Source: Psychrobacter sp. DM4
GTDB lineage: Bacteria; Pseudomonadota; Gammaproteobacteria; Pseudomonadales; Moraxellaceae
Length of the DNA: 32,000 nt
Direction: 5' to 3'
Assembly: GCF_051307035.1 (NCBI RefSeq)
Contig: NZ_CP195536.1
Span: 870,001 to 902,000 of the forward strand
In this document: piece after piece, positions 9,517 to 19,085 of the stretch
Position numbering within the stretch: position 1 is the stretch's first letter
Layout: the number at the start of each line of letters is the position of its first letter
Translations under genes and position numbers: made by a program
The notes under the pieces: model-generated
What the model was told of the DNA's origin: nothing
Seen by the model: the letters and a program-made list of their open reading frames with translations, nothing else
Databases searched by the model: none

Positions 9517-9573
9517 GTCAACCCCATAAAAAAGACCGTTATATTATATAACGGTCTTTTTTATGGGGTTGAC
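9517..9573. terminator. Bidirectional rho-independent terminator inside a 57-bp perfect palindrome
   Basis: GTCAACCCCATAAAAAAGACCGTTATA-TTA-TATAACGGTCTTTTTTATGGGGTTGAC has 27-nt arms that are perfectly complementary. The inner GACCGTTATA stem is flanked by A6 and T6. It sits between convergent pbpG and the DksA/TraR-like gene. Confidence 0.78.
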
Positions 9574-9621
9574 TCATTGAGTCAATCTTTCGACATAGTT
9601 TTTCGGATATAAATCGAACGG

Positions 9622-9951
9622 CTATTCAGCGTGATCCATACATAAGGTTGCATAAGGTAGAGCTTCGAGACGTTTTTCTTCGATATCTTTACCGCATACT
9701 TCGCACTCGCCATAAGTACCATTTTCTATTCTGCTTAAGGCGTTATCCACGTAAATAAGTCCTTGCTGCGCCTCTGCTGATAGATTCTTTCGCATATCGT
9801 TTTGGCGATACGAGATTGCTTGATCCTCCCAGTGCTCGTTCAGATCATCTTGAGGGTTTTGAATGTGATCCTCAATCTTAGCTATACGTGTTTGATATTC
9901 TTCTTGTAGCTTTAATAGCTCACTCTTGGCACGTTCAATGTCTATACTCAT
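9622..9951 (-). CDS. DksA/TraR family zinc-finger protein
   Basis: 109 aa with a coiled-coil-like N-terminus and C-terminal C-x2-C...C-x2-H (YGECEVCGKDIEEKRLEALPYATLCMDH), typical of TraR/DksA family members. Confidence 0.72.
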   Translation of the reverse strand: MSIDIERAKSELLKLQEEYQTRIAKIEDHIQNPQDDLNEHWEDQAISYRQNDMRKNLSAEAQQGLIYVDNALSRIENGTYGECEVCGKDIEEKRLEALPYATLCMDHAE

Positions 9952-10231
9952 AATCTACTCCTGTTAGGTTCTTATTGTTTTGTGATGTTCCATCATAATG
10001 AGGACGATATTCAACTACCACCACGAAATGTTATCAAAGTCTTTTATTTATTACCTCATAGCACTATTACTCATTTATAGCTGATTATAACGATGTATTT
10101 GTGGACAGTTTTGATAATAATTTACCCCAGTTATTTATAAGAAGCTGCTAGAATACAGCGTTTGCGACTAGTGGTGATTTTTATTCGCCAGCGCATCGAT
10201 AACTTATAAATATAGAGTAACGGAGTAGACC

Positions 10232-11434
10232 ATGAATTTTTTGCGTATGAGTGAGCTGGATTTGGCAGACAAAGTGGTTTTGATTCGTGAAGATCTAAAT
10301 GTGCCTATCCGAGACGGCAAAGTGGCCAGTGATGCCCGCCTGCAAGCAAGCCTACCTACTATTCAGATGGCACTAGATAAAGGTGCGGCGGTTATCGTCT
10401 GTTCGCACTTAGGTCGTCCCACAGAGGGTAGTCCAAAATCCAAATACTCACTAGCGCCAGTCGCTGAGTATCTAAGCGATAAATTACAGCAGACCGTAAC
10501 CCTCAATAGTCATTATCTCATCGAAGAGATCAGTATAGAGGCAGGGCAAGTGCTCTTGCTCGAAAACGTACGCTTCAATGAGGGCGAGAAAAAAAACAAT
10601 TTAGCATTAGCGCAAAAGTATGCTGATCTTTGTGATGTATTTGTGATGGATGCATTTGGTACCGCGCATCGGGCACAGGCTTCAACCGAAGGCGTCACAC
10701 AAATGATGCGCCAAGACAACAAGATGGTATGCGCAGGTCCATTACTGGCAGCGGAACTCGATGCACTAAGCCTAGCGCTTGAAACCCCAGCTCAGCCTAT
10801 GCTATCTATTGTCGGCGGCTCTAAAGTATCGACCAAGCTTGAAGTACTGCATAGCTTGGCAGATATCTGTAGTCAAATTATCGTCGGCGGCGGTATTGCC
10901 AACACGTTCTTAGCGGCCAAAGGACATAGTGTAGGAGCGTCGCTATTTGAGGCGGATCTACTCGATACCGCTCGCCAAATCATGACAAAAACAGAGATAC
11001 TGTTACCGACCGAAGTCGTTGTTGCCAATAAAAATGGTATCGATTTTGCTGACTTTACAGGCTCATTGCAAAAAGCGGTTGCCACGATTAAATCGGTTGA
11101 CGCTATTGATGAGCAAGATATGATTCTGGATATCGCACCCGCTAGTGCCCAAAAGCTAGCTGACGCGATATTAAACGCAAAGACCATACTATGGAACGGA
11201 CCTGTTGGTGTCTTTGAGGTCGATGCTTTTGGTAAAGGGACTCAAATAGTGGCAAAGGCGGTAAGTGATAGCCAAGGCTTTTCGATCGCTGGTGGCGGTG
11301 ATACGTTAGCGGCTATTGATAAATATCAGGTAGCAGATGGCGTTAGCTACATGTCAACAGGTGGCGGCGCGTTTTTGGAGTTTGTAGAGGGCAAAGTATT
11401 ACCTGCTGTGGCTGCGTTAGAGATTAAGTCGTAA
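10232..11434 (+). CDS. pgk: Phosphoglycerate kinase
   Basis: 400 aa. [18 protein letters not shown] and GGGDT-type ...[11 protein letters not shown]... motifs give full-length colinearity with bacterial Pgk. GGAG SD lies upstream. Confidence 0.95.
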   Translation: MNFLRMSELDLADKVVLIREDLNVPIRDGKVASDARLQASLPTIQMALDKGAAVIVCSHLGRPTEGSPKSKYSLAPVAEYLSDKLQQTVTLNSHYLIEEISIEAGQVLLLENVRFNEGEKKNNLALAQKYADLCDVFVMDAFGTAHRAQASTEGVTQMMRQDNKMVCAGPLLAAELDALSLALETPAQPMLSIVGGSKVSTKLEVLHSLADICSQIIVGGGIANTFLAAKGHSVGASLFEADLLDTARQIMTKTEILLPTEVVVANKNGIDFADFTGSLQKAVATIKSVDAIDEQDMILDIAPASAQKLADAILNAKTILWNGPVGVFEVDAFGKGTQIVAKAVSDSQGFSIAGGGDTLAAIDKYQVADGVSYMSTGGGAFLEFVEGKVLPAVAALEIKS

Positions 11435-11583
11435 TGGTCTCACTTAGCAAAGAGTGTAGAACCTAACTGTTAAGTGGTTATTATTTGTTACTATAATGAA
11501 GATTGTTATTGCAAGTGCTATTTGCTATCTATAGAATAATGCCACCATGTATTTAGACATGCGTTATTTATGAGAGATTTATT

Positions 11584-11970
11584 ATGTTAAAACGTCATTT
11601 ATTACTTGCCAGTCTTCTTGCTGGTACTTTCGCAGTCACCGCATGTAGCCAACAGACTGAAGAAAACACTGAAGCTGCTGTAGAGTCTGCAGGCGACGAC
11701 ATTGAAGCCAACACTGAAGCTGCTACCACTGAAGCTGAAATGGCTGCTCAAGAAGCAGGCAATGATATCGCTGACGGTGCTGACACTGCTGGTGCTGCGG
11801 CTTCTAATGCCCTTGAAAACACAGGCGATGCTATCGCTCAAGGTACTAACGAAGTCGTAGAAGGCACAGCCTCTGCGGTTGCTGATGGTGCAAATGCAGT
11901 CGCTGATGGCGCATCTGACGTTGCAGCTGACGCTGAAGCTAATCAAGTTTCTGAAGATCAACAGTACTAA
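11584..11970 (+). CDS. Small acidic Ala/Asp/Glu-rich lipoprotein, function unknown
   Basis: Signal peptide with lipobox (LLAGTFAVTA|C). The mature part contains no K, R or H and is dominated by A, E, D, T, G, with reiterated A(V)ADGA and TEAA motifs. GAGAG lies upstream and a strong terminator downstream. The low-complexity composition also produces a spurious antisense ORF. Confidence 0.6.
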   Translation: MLKRHLLLASLLAGTFAVTACSQQTEENTEAAVESAGDDIEANTEAATTEAEMAAQEAGNDIADGADTAGAAASNALENTGDAIAQGTNEVVEGTASAVADGANAVADGASDVAADAEANQVSEDQQY

Positions 11971-12032
11971 TATAAAGCTGATACCTCACGGGTATTTGTT
12001 TTATAGTATTGGATAAAGTCATTACATTATTT

Positions 12033-12064
12033 AAAAAGCCTTGGTTATTGCCAAGGCTTTTTTG
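12033..12064 (+). terminator. Rho-independent terminator after the lipoprotein gene
   Basis: AAAAAGCCTTGG-TTATTG-CCAAGGCTTTTTTG. Confidence 0.78.
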
Positions 12065-12345
12065 CCTTTAACGAATAGTTATGTATTAATATTTAGAGCT
12101 TCTGAACCATGAGCATTTGACTCTGACTATATTTGAATTGTCCCAATGTCACTTCTAGCTATCATCACCGTCTGTCTTAGCGCTAAATATAATACGCTCA
12201 AGACATATAAAGATGCCTCTACAACTACGAGTTGTAGTTGAAATTTGCTATAATCGCGTACTTACAATCTGGTCTCACTCGATCCTTGCTATTTAAATAT
12301 GTAGGGTATACGCCTTATCACTAACTCCTAATTTAAGAGCGCTTT

Positions 12346-13380
12346 ATGGCATTAATCTCTTTGCGTCAACTTCTTGATCATGCAGCAGAACATAGCTACG
12401 GCGTCCCCGCGTTTAACGTCAACAACTTAGAGCAGATGCGCGCTATTATGATGGCAGCGGATGCCTGTGATTCACCTGTTATCGTACAAGCGAGTGCGGG
12501 CGCCCGTGATTACGCTGGCGCGTCATTTTTGCGTCATCTCATCATTGCGGCGATTGAAGAGTGGCCACATATTCCTGTAGTCATGCATCAAGACCATGGA
12601 ATGTCGCCTGCTATATGCCAGCGCTCTATCCAACTTGGGTTTTCATCTGTGATGATGGATGGCTCGCTTGGAGAAGACGGCAAAACCCCTATGGACTATG
12701 ACTATAATGTCAGGGTGACCCGTGAAGTGGTCAAGCTTGCACATGCTTGCGGCGTGTCTGTAGAAGGGGAAATTGGATGTTTGGGAAGCTTAGAGACGGG
12801 TATGGCTGGTGAAGAGGATGGTTCTGGCGCCGAAGGGGTGCTCGATCATGAGCAGCTTTTAACGAGTGCTGATGAAGCGCATGATTTTGTGAGAGATACC
12901 GACGTCGATGCACTAGCGATCGCTATTGGTACCAGTCACGGCGCTTACAAGTTCACGCGTCCGCCCACAGGTGACATTCTATCTATTGAGCGGGTAAAAG
13001 AGATTCATGCGCGTATTCCTAATACGCATCTGGTGATGCATGGCTCGTCCTCAGTACCGCAAGAGTGGCTAAAGGTTATCAACGATCATGGCGGTGATAT
13101 AAGTGAAACTTACGGTGTTCCTGTAGAGCAAATCGCCATCGCGATTAAGCATGGCGTACGTAAGGTCAATATCGATACGGATTTGCGTCTAGCCTCAACA
13201 GGCGCGATTCGCCAGCATTTAGCAGAGAACCCTAGTAATTTTGATCCGCGCAAATACTTTAAAGCCTCGATGGTTGCGATGTCTGACATCTGCATCAATC
13301 GCTTTGAGGCATTTGGATCTGCTGGACAAGCGCACAAAATCCGTCCGATCAGCCTTGAGAACATGGTTAAGTTTTATTAG
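12346..13380 (+). CDS. fba: Class II fructose-1,6-bisphosphate aldolase
   Basis: [35 protein letters not shown]...[10 protein letters not shown]...HQDHG...SVMMDGS closely matches the Pseudomonas-type class II Fba over its full length. Confidence 0.95.
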   Translation: MALISLRQLLDHAAEHSYGVPAFNVNNLEQMRAIMMAADACDSPVIVQASAGARDYAGASFLRHLIIAAIEEWPHIPVVMHQDHGMSPAICQRSIQLGFSSVMMDGSLGEDGKTPMDYDYNVRVTREVVKLAHACGVSVEGEIGCLGSLETGMAGEEDGSGAEGVLDHEQLLTSADEAHDFVRDTDVDALAIAIGTSHGAYKFTRPPTGDILSIERVKEIHARIPNTHLVMHGSSSVPQEWLKVINDHGGDISETYGVPVEQIAIAIKHGVRKVNIDTDLRLASTGAIRQHLAENPSNFDPRKYFKASMVAMSDICINRFEAFGSAGQAHKIRPISLENMVKFY

Positions 13381-13464
13381 TAGTTCGAAAAATGGCTCTG
13401 AGTAGGTAGCTAGATAAAGAACTGAATGAATTTTATAGGTAATATATCCAAACAGGTGTGAGAT

Positions 13465-14085
13465 ATGATAGGACTGATTACTGGACAAGTACTCCATTTG
13501 ATGGCACCTGTCGCTTGTGTGATGACAGGCTCTGGCGTGGGCTACGATATTGAGCTACCCTTGCCGTCATTTTGCCAGCTGCAAGTAGGGCAAGAGGCAA
13601 GCATCTGGACGCATTTTCATGTACGTGAAGATGCACAATTACTTTTTGGGTTTATTGATCGTAAAGAGCGTGATGTCTTTCGTCAACTGATCAAAATCAA
13701 CGGCGTCGGGGCAAAAATGGCACTAGCTATGCTCTCTGCAATGTCAGCGGCAGAGCTCAAAATGCATGTGGAGCAAGACTCTGAAGCAGCGCTTACTCGT
13801 ATTCCAGGGATAGGCAAAAAGACGGCCCAGCGCCTTCTTATTGAGCTAAAAGACAAGCTCAAAAACATAGAGGTAGATAATAGCACTTTAGAATTCGCGA
13901 TGCAGCCTACTGAAGTATCGCATGAAGGCAGTATTATCGCTGAAGTTGAAGGAGCTTTGATCAGTCTGGGGTACAAAGAAAGAGAGGCGCAGCAAGCGAT
14001 TAAGGCGGCTAAAAGTAGTGGCGCAACCTTTGCTGATACCCAAAGTCTGCTAAAAGCAACGCTGCAACAGTTATCTAGCTTTTAG
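13465..14085 (+). CDS. ruvA: Holliday junction DNA helicase subunit RuvA
   Basis: MIGLITGQV... start, HhH motifs (INGVGAKMALAMLS, IPGIGKKTAQRLLIELK), and a C-terminal domain III (LISLGYKEREAQQAIKA). Confidence 0.93.
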   Translation: MIGLITGQVLHLMAPVACVMTGSGVGYDIELPLPSFCQLQVGQEASIWTHFHVREDAQLLFGFIDRKERDVFRQLIKINGVGAKMALAMLSAMSAAELKMHVEQDSEAALTRIPGIGKKTAQRLLIELKDKLKNIEVDNSTLEFAMQPTEVSHEGSIIAEVEGALISLGYKEREAQQAIKAAKSSGATFADTQSLLKATLQQLSSF

Positions 14086-14102
14086 TCTGCTACAGTATTA
14101 AT

Positions 14103-14154
14103 CCAAAGTGCTGAGCTAAGGTTCTGAGCCAAAGTGCTGAGCTAAGTTATTGAG
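14103..14154. repeat. 26-bp tandem duplication with an 18-bp perfect core CCAAAGTGCTGAGCTAAG
   Basis: Perfect cores are at 14103-14120 and 14129-14146. The unit tails GTTCTGAG and TTATTGAG are partly similar. It lies in the ruvA-ruvB spacer. Confidence 0.85.
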
Positions 14155-14193
14155 TCAAATTTTACATTAAACCTCTTATCCTTTATAACCATT

Positions 14194-14225
14194 CAAGCGA
14201 CATTATTTGTCGCTTGTTTTGTCTG
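14194..14225 (+). terminator. Terminator-like hairpin between ruvA and ruvB
   Basis: CAAGCGAC-ATTATTT-GTCGCTTG followed by TTTTGTCTGATTT. The 8-bp stem and interrupted T tract could be a partial terminator or attenuator. Confidence 0.4.
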
Positions 14226-14304
14226 ATTTAGCCATTTGACATGACTTATCTTTGCGATTTAGTTATGCTATTTGTACTCACTCTTTTTTATATTGATAAA
14301 AATT

Positions 14305-15288
14305 ATGATGCAAGATCGTTTGATTAATCCGCTAGAGGGCGCAGGTGACGCTCCTGATTCTAATATTCGCCCTGCACTGTTAGCTGAGTATATCGGTCAG
14401 CCTGTAGTACGTGAGCAGATGGAGGTATTTATTGGTGCAGCGCGCGGGCGAGAGGAAGCGCTAGATCATACCTTGATCTTTGGTCCACCAGGTTTAGGTA
14501 AAACCACACTTGCAAATATTATCGCACGGGAGATGGGTGGTAATTTGCGTTCAACCTCTGGCCCTGTACTCGAGCGCGCAGGTGACTTGGCGGCGATGCT
14601 CACCAACTTGGAAGCAGGTGACGTACTCTTCATCGATGAGATTCATAGACTTAGCCCTGTAATTGAAGAGATACTGTATCCTGCGATGGAGGATTTTCAA
14701 CTAGATCTGATGATCGGTGAAGGGCCTGCCGCGCGTTCAATCAAGCTTGATTTACCGCCGTTTACTTTAGTCGCTGCAACGACGCGTGCAGGGCTTTTGA
14801 CGTCACCACTTCGCGACCGCTTCGGTATCGTGCAGCGCTTAGAGTTTTATAGTATCGCCGATCTGACCACTATTGTTAGCCGCGCCGCGCGTTTGATGCG
14901 CGTAGCTATGACTGAGGATGGGGCAGTTGAGATTGCGCGCCGTGCTCGCGGTACGCCAAGAATTGCCAATCGACTACTGCGCCGAGTGCGAGACTACGCC
15001 GAGGTCAAAGGGGACGGTAGTATCAACGGTCAGATCGCAGCGAGCGCCCTTGATATGCTCGCCGTTGATAGACGCGGGCTCGATCATTTGGATCGTCGTT
15101 ATATAGAGATATTGCACGAGCGCTTTGATGGTGGTCCTGCTGGCGTTGAGGCTATCGCAGCTGCCATGGCAGAGGATCGCGGTACTTTAGAGGATGTCAT
15201 TGAGCCGTATCTTATACAGCAAGGTTATGTACTGCGTACCGCCCGCGGTCGAGTACTCACGCAGATGGCGATTGACCAGATGCTATAG
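14305..15288 (+). CDS. ruvB: Holliday junction DNA helicase RuvB
   Basis: Walker [10 protein letters not shown], Walker B LFIDEIH, and sensor regions give full-length RuvB colinearity. The ATG at 14305 (MMQDRLINP...) is preferred to the track's TTG at 14272, whose extra residues are hydrophobic non-RuvB sequence. Confidence 0.95.
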   Translation: MMQDRLINPLEGAGDAPDSNIRPALLAEYIGQPVVREQMEVFIGAARGREEALDHTLIFGPPGLGKTTLANIIAREMGGNLRSTSGPVLERAGDLAAMLTNLEAGDVLFIDEIHRLSPVIEEILYPAMEDFQLDLMIGEGPAARSIKLDLPPFTLVAATTRAGLLTSPLRDRFGIVQRLEFYSIADLTTIVSRAARLMRVAMTEDGAVEIARRARGTPRIANRLLRRVRDYAEVKGDGSINGQIAASALDMLAVDRRGLDHLDRRYIEILHERFDGGPAGVEAIAAAMAEDRGTLEDVIEPYLIQQGYVLRTARGRVLTQMAIDQML

Positions 15289-15308
15289 AGTGATTTAGAT
15301 ACGTGTCT

Positions 15309-15347
15309 AAAAAAAGGCTTACTTCCTATGAGAAGTAAGCCTTTTTT
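15309..15347. terminator. Bidirectional rho-independent terminator (ruvB / ubiB)
   Basis: AAAAAAAGGCTTACTTC-CTATGA-GAAGTAAGCCTTTTTT between convergent genes. Confidence 0.82.
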
Positions 15348-15380
15348 CAAGCAATAATTTGATCGAGCTTCGCCTACTAT

Positions 15381-17042
15381 TTATCCTAAAATGCGCCAAA
15401 CTACCGCTAGGATGGCCATAATGTAGAATATAGGAGAAAGCCAACCAACTACTTGAGTAGCAAGAGCAATAAAAACACCAAAACCTGCTAATGCCAACCA
15501 ATCTCGGCGACGATCATTGAGCATATCAGCGCGAATTTGCTGTATTTCTCGCAGCTGACTGTCTTGACGTGCGCCTTGCGAAGCTAGACTTTGCAAGCTT
15601 TGATCCAACAATTTGGGTATATCGGTACTCGATAATAATATCTCAGGCAGTTGGCTACGCAGCTGCTGTAAGTTGCGCACCGGATCGAGCTGCTCTTTGA
15701 TCCAGCTGCTTAAAATGGGCTTAGCAAGTGACCAAATATCTAGATCAGGATATAAGTCGCGCCCGAGTCCCTCAACGTGAACCAAAGTTTTGAGCAGTAG
15801 CATAAGCTGCGGCGGGATACTCATATGATGGCGGCGCGCGATATCTAATATCTGCATAAGGACGCCTGCAAAGTCGATCTCGTTGATTGACTTTTGTAGC
15901 ATAGGGCCGACAGTACGCTTCATATCACGCATCAAAGCGTGCTTGTCGGTATTGGGTGGTATCCAGCCTGCGCGGCTGACAATATCGACGACGGCGGTGA
16001 AGTTATTATTCATAACCGCAAGTAGCATCCGCGCTACTATGAGCTGATCCTCTCGCGACAGTGATCCCATAATAGCGCAGTCAAGACCGATATAACGCGG
16101 CGCATGCCCTATGCTGTTAATACCCTCCGCTATACTCTTTGCGTTAGGAGTCTCGACGAATACATTGCCTGGGTGCATGTCAGCATGAAAAAAATTATCA
16201 CGAAAGACTTGCGTAAAAAATATCGTCAGACCCTTTTGTGCAAGGGCAGCGCGGTCATACCCTAACTCATCAAACAGCGCGACGTTCGAGATAGGGACGC
16301 CTTGAATACGCTCCATCACCATGACGTTCTTGGCGGCAGCATAAACTTCGGGCACATACATCAGTGCAGAACCCAAAAAGTTATTGCGCATCTGCGTCGT
16401 GTTATCTGCCTCAAGCATCAAGTCCAACTCGTTGAGCATCACTTGGCGATAGTCCTCGACGATATCAATGATATGCACCGCTCGAGCAGCCTCTACGCGC
16501 GCTGATACCCAACTGGCAAGCTCACGTAGTAGCTCAAAATCAGCAACGATGGTGGTACGAATATCAGGTCTAACGACTTTGACGACGACCTCGCGGCCAT
16601 CATGAAGGGCCGCGGTATGCACTTGCGCTATGGAGGCAGCGGCTAAAGGTTTGATATCGAAGCGGGCAAACAACTCATCGATAGATTGACCTAGACCATG
16701 CTTAGTATCTTGTATTTGAGTGATAGATATATCTGATGAAAAAGGTTTGACCTGATCTTGGAGTTGGACGAGCTGCTCGATAATAGCTGGCGGCATCAAA
16801 TCGCGACGTGTTGAGAGTAATTGACCTAATTTTAGGAACAACGTACCCATATCCTCAAGTGCAAATTTGATGGCGTTTGGTTGATGTTTTTTACCCCATG
16901 CTGCTGGGTGAGTGCGTATTAGGCGCGCTAAAGGCTGCAACTGCGGCGCCTCTTCAACTGAAAAATGCGTATCAATGCGATAGCTGGCAGCGATACGCCA
17001 AAGCTCAAGTAAACGCGCGCGGTGAGATAATAGCATGAGCAA
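15381..17042 (-). CDS. ubiB: Ubiquinone biosynthesis protein kinase-like UbiB (ABC1 family)
   Basis: 553 aa. ABC1/UbiB motifs (PLAAASIAQVH, VVKVVRP, HADMHPGNVFV) and two C-terminal TM helices. It follows ubiE-ubiJ as in the canonical operon. Confidence 0.92.
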   Translation of the reverse strand: MLMLLSHRARLLELWRIAASYRIDTHFSVEEAPQLQPLARLIRTHPAAWGKKHQPNAIKFALEDMGTLFLKLGQLLSTRRDLMPPAIIEQLVQLQDQVKPFSSDISITQIQDTKHGLGQSIDELFARFDIKPLAAASIAQVHTAALHDGREVVVKVVRPDIRTTIVADFELLRELASWVSARVEAARAVHIIDIVEDYRQVMLNELDLMLEADNTTQMRNNFLGSALMYVPEVYAAAKNVMVMERIQGVPISNVALFDELGYDRAALAQKGLTIFFTQVFRDNFFHADMHPGNVFVETPNAKSIAEGINSIGHAPRYIGLDCAIMGSLSREDQLIVARMLLAVMNNNFTAVVDIVSRAGWIPPNTDKHALMRDMKRTVGPMLQKSINEIDFAGVLMQILDIARRHHMSIPPQLMLLLKTLVHVEGLGRDLYPDLDIWSLAKPILSSWIKEQLDPVRNLQQLRSQLPEILLSSTDIPKLLDQSLQSLASQGARQDSQLREIQQIRADMLNDRRRDWLALAGFGVFIALATQVVGWLSPIFYIMAILAVVWRILG

Positions 17043-17066
17043 CCTTACTCTAAATCAGACAGATAG

Positions 17067-17759
17067 TTATTTGTTTAATAAACGTGCTTGTTCTGCTTTG
17101 ATAAGCGCAAGGCGAGTCTCTTCGCGTTCGATATCTGCTCGCAGTTTGAGGAGTTGTTGTTTGAGTTCATCCGCTTGGGTTTTGAGTACAGGATCAGGAT
17201 CGCTGATACCAGCAACATCATTAGCCCAGTCACTGACATCGTCAAAAGCGCGTTTGGCACTATGGCGAAAGCTACCTTTGAGCTGCGAGATGAGTAGCTG
17301 TAACTGGCTTGCCATAGGCTTACCAATAAAAGGTTCAAGCTGACCTGCTAGATCAGGATCAAAGCCTGCTACCAACTGCTTCACTTGCATCAGTACCTTG
17401 TAATCGCCTGAAATAGGAAGATTGCCTTCAGCGCCGCGCATCAAATTTAATAGCTGAGCGGGGTTTTTGACTGTGATAATACAATCAGGGCTACTATGAC
17501 CTATACCTGCCATAGCGACACTTGCTTTTTCGAGCTCATCTAAAGCGCCAGAAGTTTCAAACACGCTCTCAGTTGTGACCGGCTCAAAACGCAGACGGTC
17601 GTGATTGAACAAGATATCTAAATGTAGCTCAGGCATTGCCATATCAAGGCGCAGCACCTTACCCGCTAAAGGTACTAGTCCAGCACGAGTAATATCATCG
17701 CTTGCGATAGCGACGTTTATAAGTTTTTCAGCACCCGCTAATAGTAGTACAGTCAGCAT
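17067..17759 (-). CDS. ubiJ: Ubiquinone biosynthesis accessory factor UbiJ (SCP2 domain)
   Basis: 230 aa with an SCP2-like N-terminal domain and a C-terminal coiled coil (ELKQQLLKLRADIEREETRLALIKAEQ). Its position between ubiE and ubiB is the conserved ubiE-ubiJ-ubiB order. Confidence 0.75.
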   Translation of the reverse strand: MLTVLLLAGAEKLINVAIASDDITRAGLVPLAGKVLRLDMAMPELHLDILFNHDRLRFEPVTTESVFETSGALDELEKASVAMAGIGHSSPDCIITVKNPAQLLNLMRGAEGNLPISGDYKVLMQVKQLVAGFDPDLAGQLEPFIGKPMASQLQLLISQLKGSFRHSAKRAFDDVSDWANDVAGISDPDPVLKTQADELKQQLLKLRADIEREETRLALIKAEQARLLNK

Positions 17760-17893
17760 AATAGTCTCGTCTATGTCAAAAAAGTAAGAGCTCAGCTATA
17801 AATGTTCAAATGACTACAATACAGATAGAGTGCATCAAAAGCAGTCATCGTATCGGACTCTATCAGAATCAATAGCCTTTTGAACTAAGTTTA

Positions 17894-18976
17894 TTAAGCC
17901 TTAAAGCCGCGATGTACAGCGACAATACCAGCCGTCAAATTATGATAGTCGCAGTTCTCAAAACCAGCGTGTTGCATCATTTGCTTGAGCGTTTGTTGAT
18001 CGGGGTGCATGCGAATGGATTCAGCCAAATACTGATAGCTCTCAGAGTCATTAGCGATTATTTTACCCATTACAGGTAAAGCTGTGAACGAGTATAAGTC
18101 ATAAGCTTTTGATAAAGGTTCAAACACAGGCTTGGAGAATTCTAATATCAACAGACGACCACCTGGCTTGAGCACGCGGTACATAGATTTTAGCGCTGCA
18201 TCTTTGTCAGTGACATTTCGTAGACCGAAGCTGATAGTCACAAGATCAAAGCTTTCGTCGTCGAATGGCGCTAGCGTCTCAGCGTTGGCAAGGACGAAAT
18301 CAACGTTATTACAGCCTGCATTGATCAAACGCTCACGACCGACTTCTAGCATGGCTGCATTGATATCAGATAATACGACGTGACCACCTCGTCCCACTTC
18401 ACGGCTGAATACTTTAGCCAAATCACCTGTGCCGCCTGCAATATCGAGGACGTGTTGACCTGCGCGAACGCCTGATAAACTAATGGCATAGCGCTTCCAC
18501 AAACGATGGATACCGAATGACATCAAGTCATTCATGATGTCGTATTTTTTGGCGACTGAAGTAAAGACATCTGCCACGCGCGCTTGTTTTTCCGCTTTGT
18601 TAACGGTCTTGTAGCCGAAGTGAGTTTCTTCATCTCCATCGGTATCTGACGTATGCGGATTATTGATATCATCACGCTGATTGAATATCGTTTGCTTGGG
18701 CAGCCCAGTTGTGTGAGAAGGCTTAGGTTGACTGCTACTATTGTTATGGTCGCTAGGCAAAGTCGTTTGTTGACCTTGCGGCGTACCTGTCGGTAGATCT
18801 TGCACTTGAGTAAAATCAGTATTAGCATCTTTATTAATATTGTGACGCGCTTTGACTTGTGCGGTAATATTTTGATTTTGAGTAATGCTATCTCTGACTA
18901 ATTTGTCCTGTAGCTCATACTGCGTAGCAGTATCATTATTGGTTGGCATGGTATCGTCGTTAGGGGTATCGCTCAT
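17894..18976 (-). CDS. ubiE: Demethylmenaquinone/ubiquinone C-methyltransferase UbiE with ~115-aa low-complexity N-terminal extension
   Basis: From THFGYKTV...[26 protein letters not shown], the SAM motif [12 protein letters not shown] and onward it is colinear with E. coli UbiE. The preceding ~115 codons are Q/T/N/D/P-rich. The only in-frame ATGs upstream of the core are at residues 1 and 10. Confidence 0.9.
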   Translation of the reverse strand: MSDTPNDDTMPTNNDTATQYELQDKLVRDSITQNQNITAQVKARHNINKDANTDFTQVQDLPTGTPQGQQTTLPSDHNNSSSQPKPSHTTGLPKQTIFNQRDDINNPHTSDTDGDEETHFGYKTVNKAEKQARVADVFTSVAKKYDIMNDLMSFGIHRLWKRYAISLSGVRAGQHVLDIAGGTGDLAKVFSREVGRGGHVVLSDINAAMLEVGRERLINAGCNNVDFVLANAETLAPFDDESFDLVTISFGLRNVTDKDAALKSMYRVLKPGGRLLILEFSKPVFEPLSKAYDLYSFTALPVMGKIIANDSESYQYLAESIRMHPDQQTLKQMMQHAGFENCDYHNLTAGIVAVHRGFKA

Positions 18977-19085
18977 AAAGGTATCCTGTCGCTACTTTTT
19001 ATATGGATTATTAATAATGAATAACGCGGATGCTAGAGTTAGAAGCGGCATCAGCTGTTTTAAAGTGTTTAATGATAGGTAATTA

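Noticed and set aside
11602-11961. 119-aa ORF antisense to the acidic lipoprotein gene
   Set aside because: It is a mirror product of the GCN/GAN-rich low-complexity sense frame. It has no SD or signal features of its own, whereas the sense ORF has a lipobox, an SD and a terminator.
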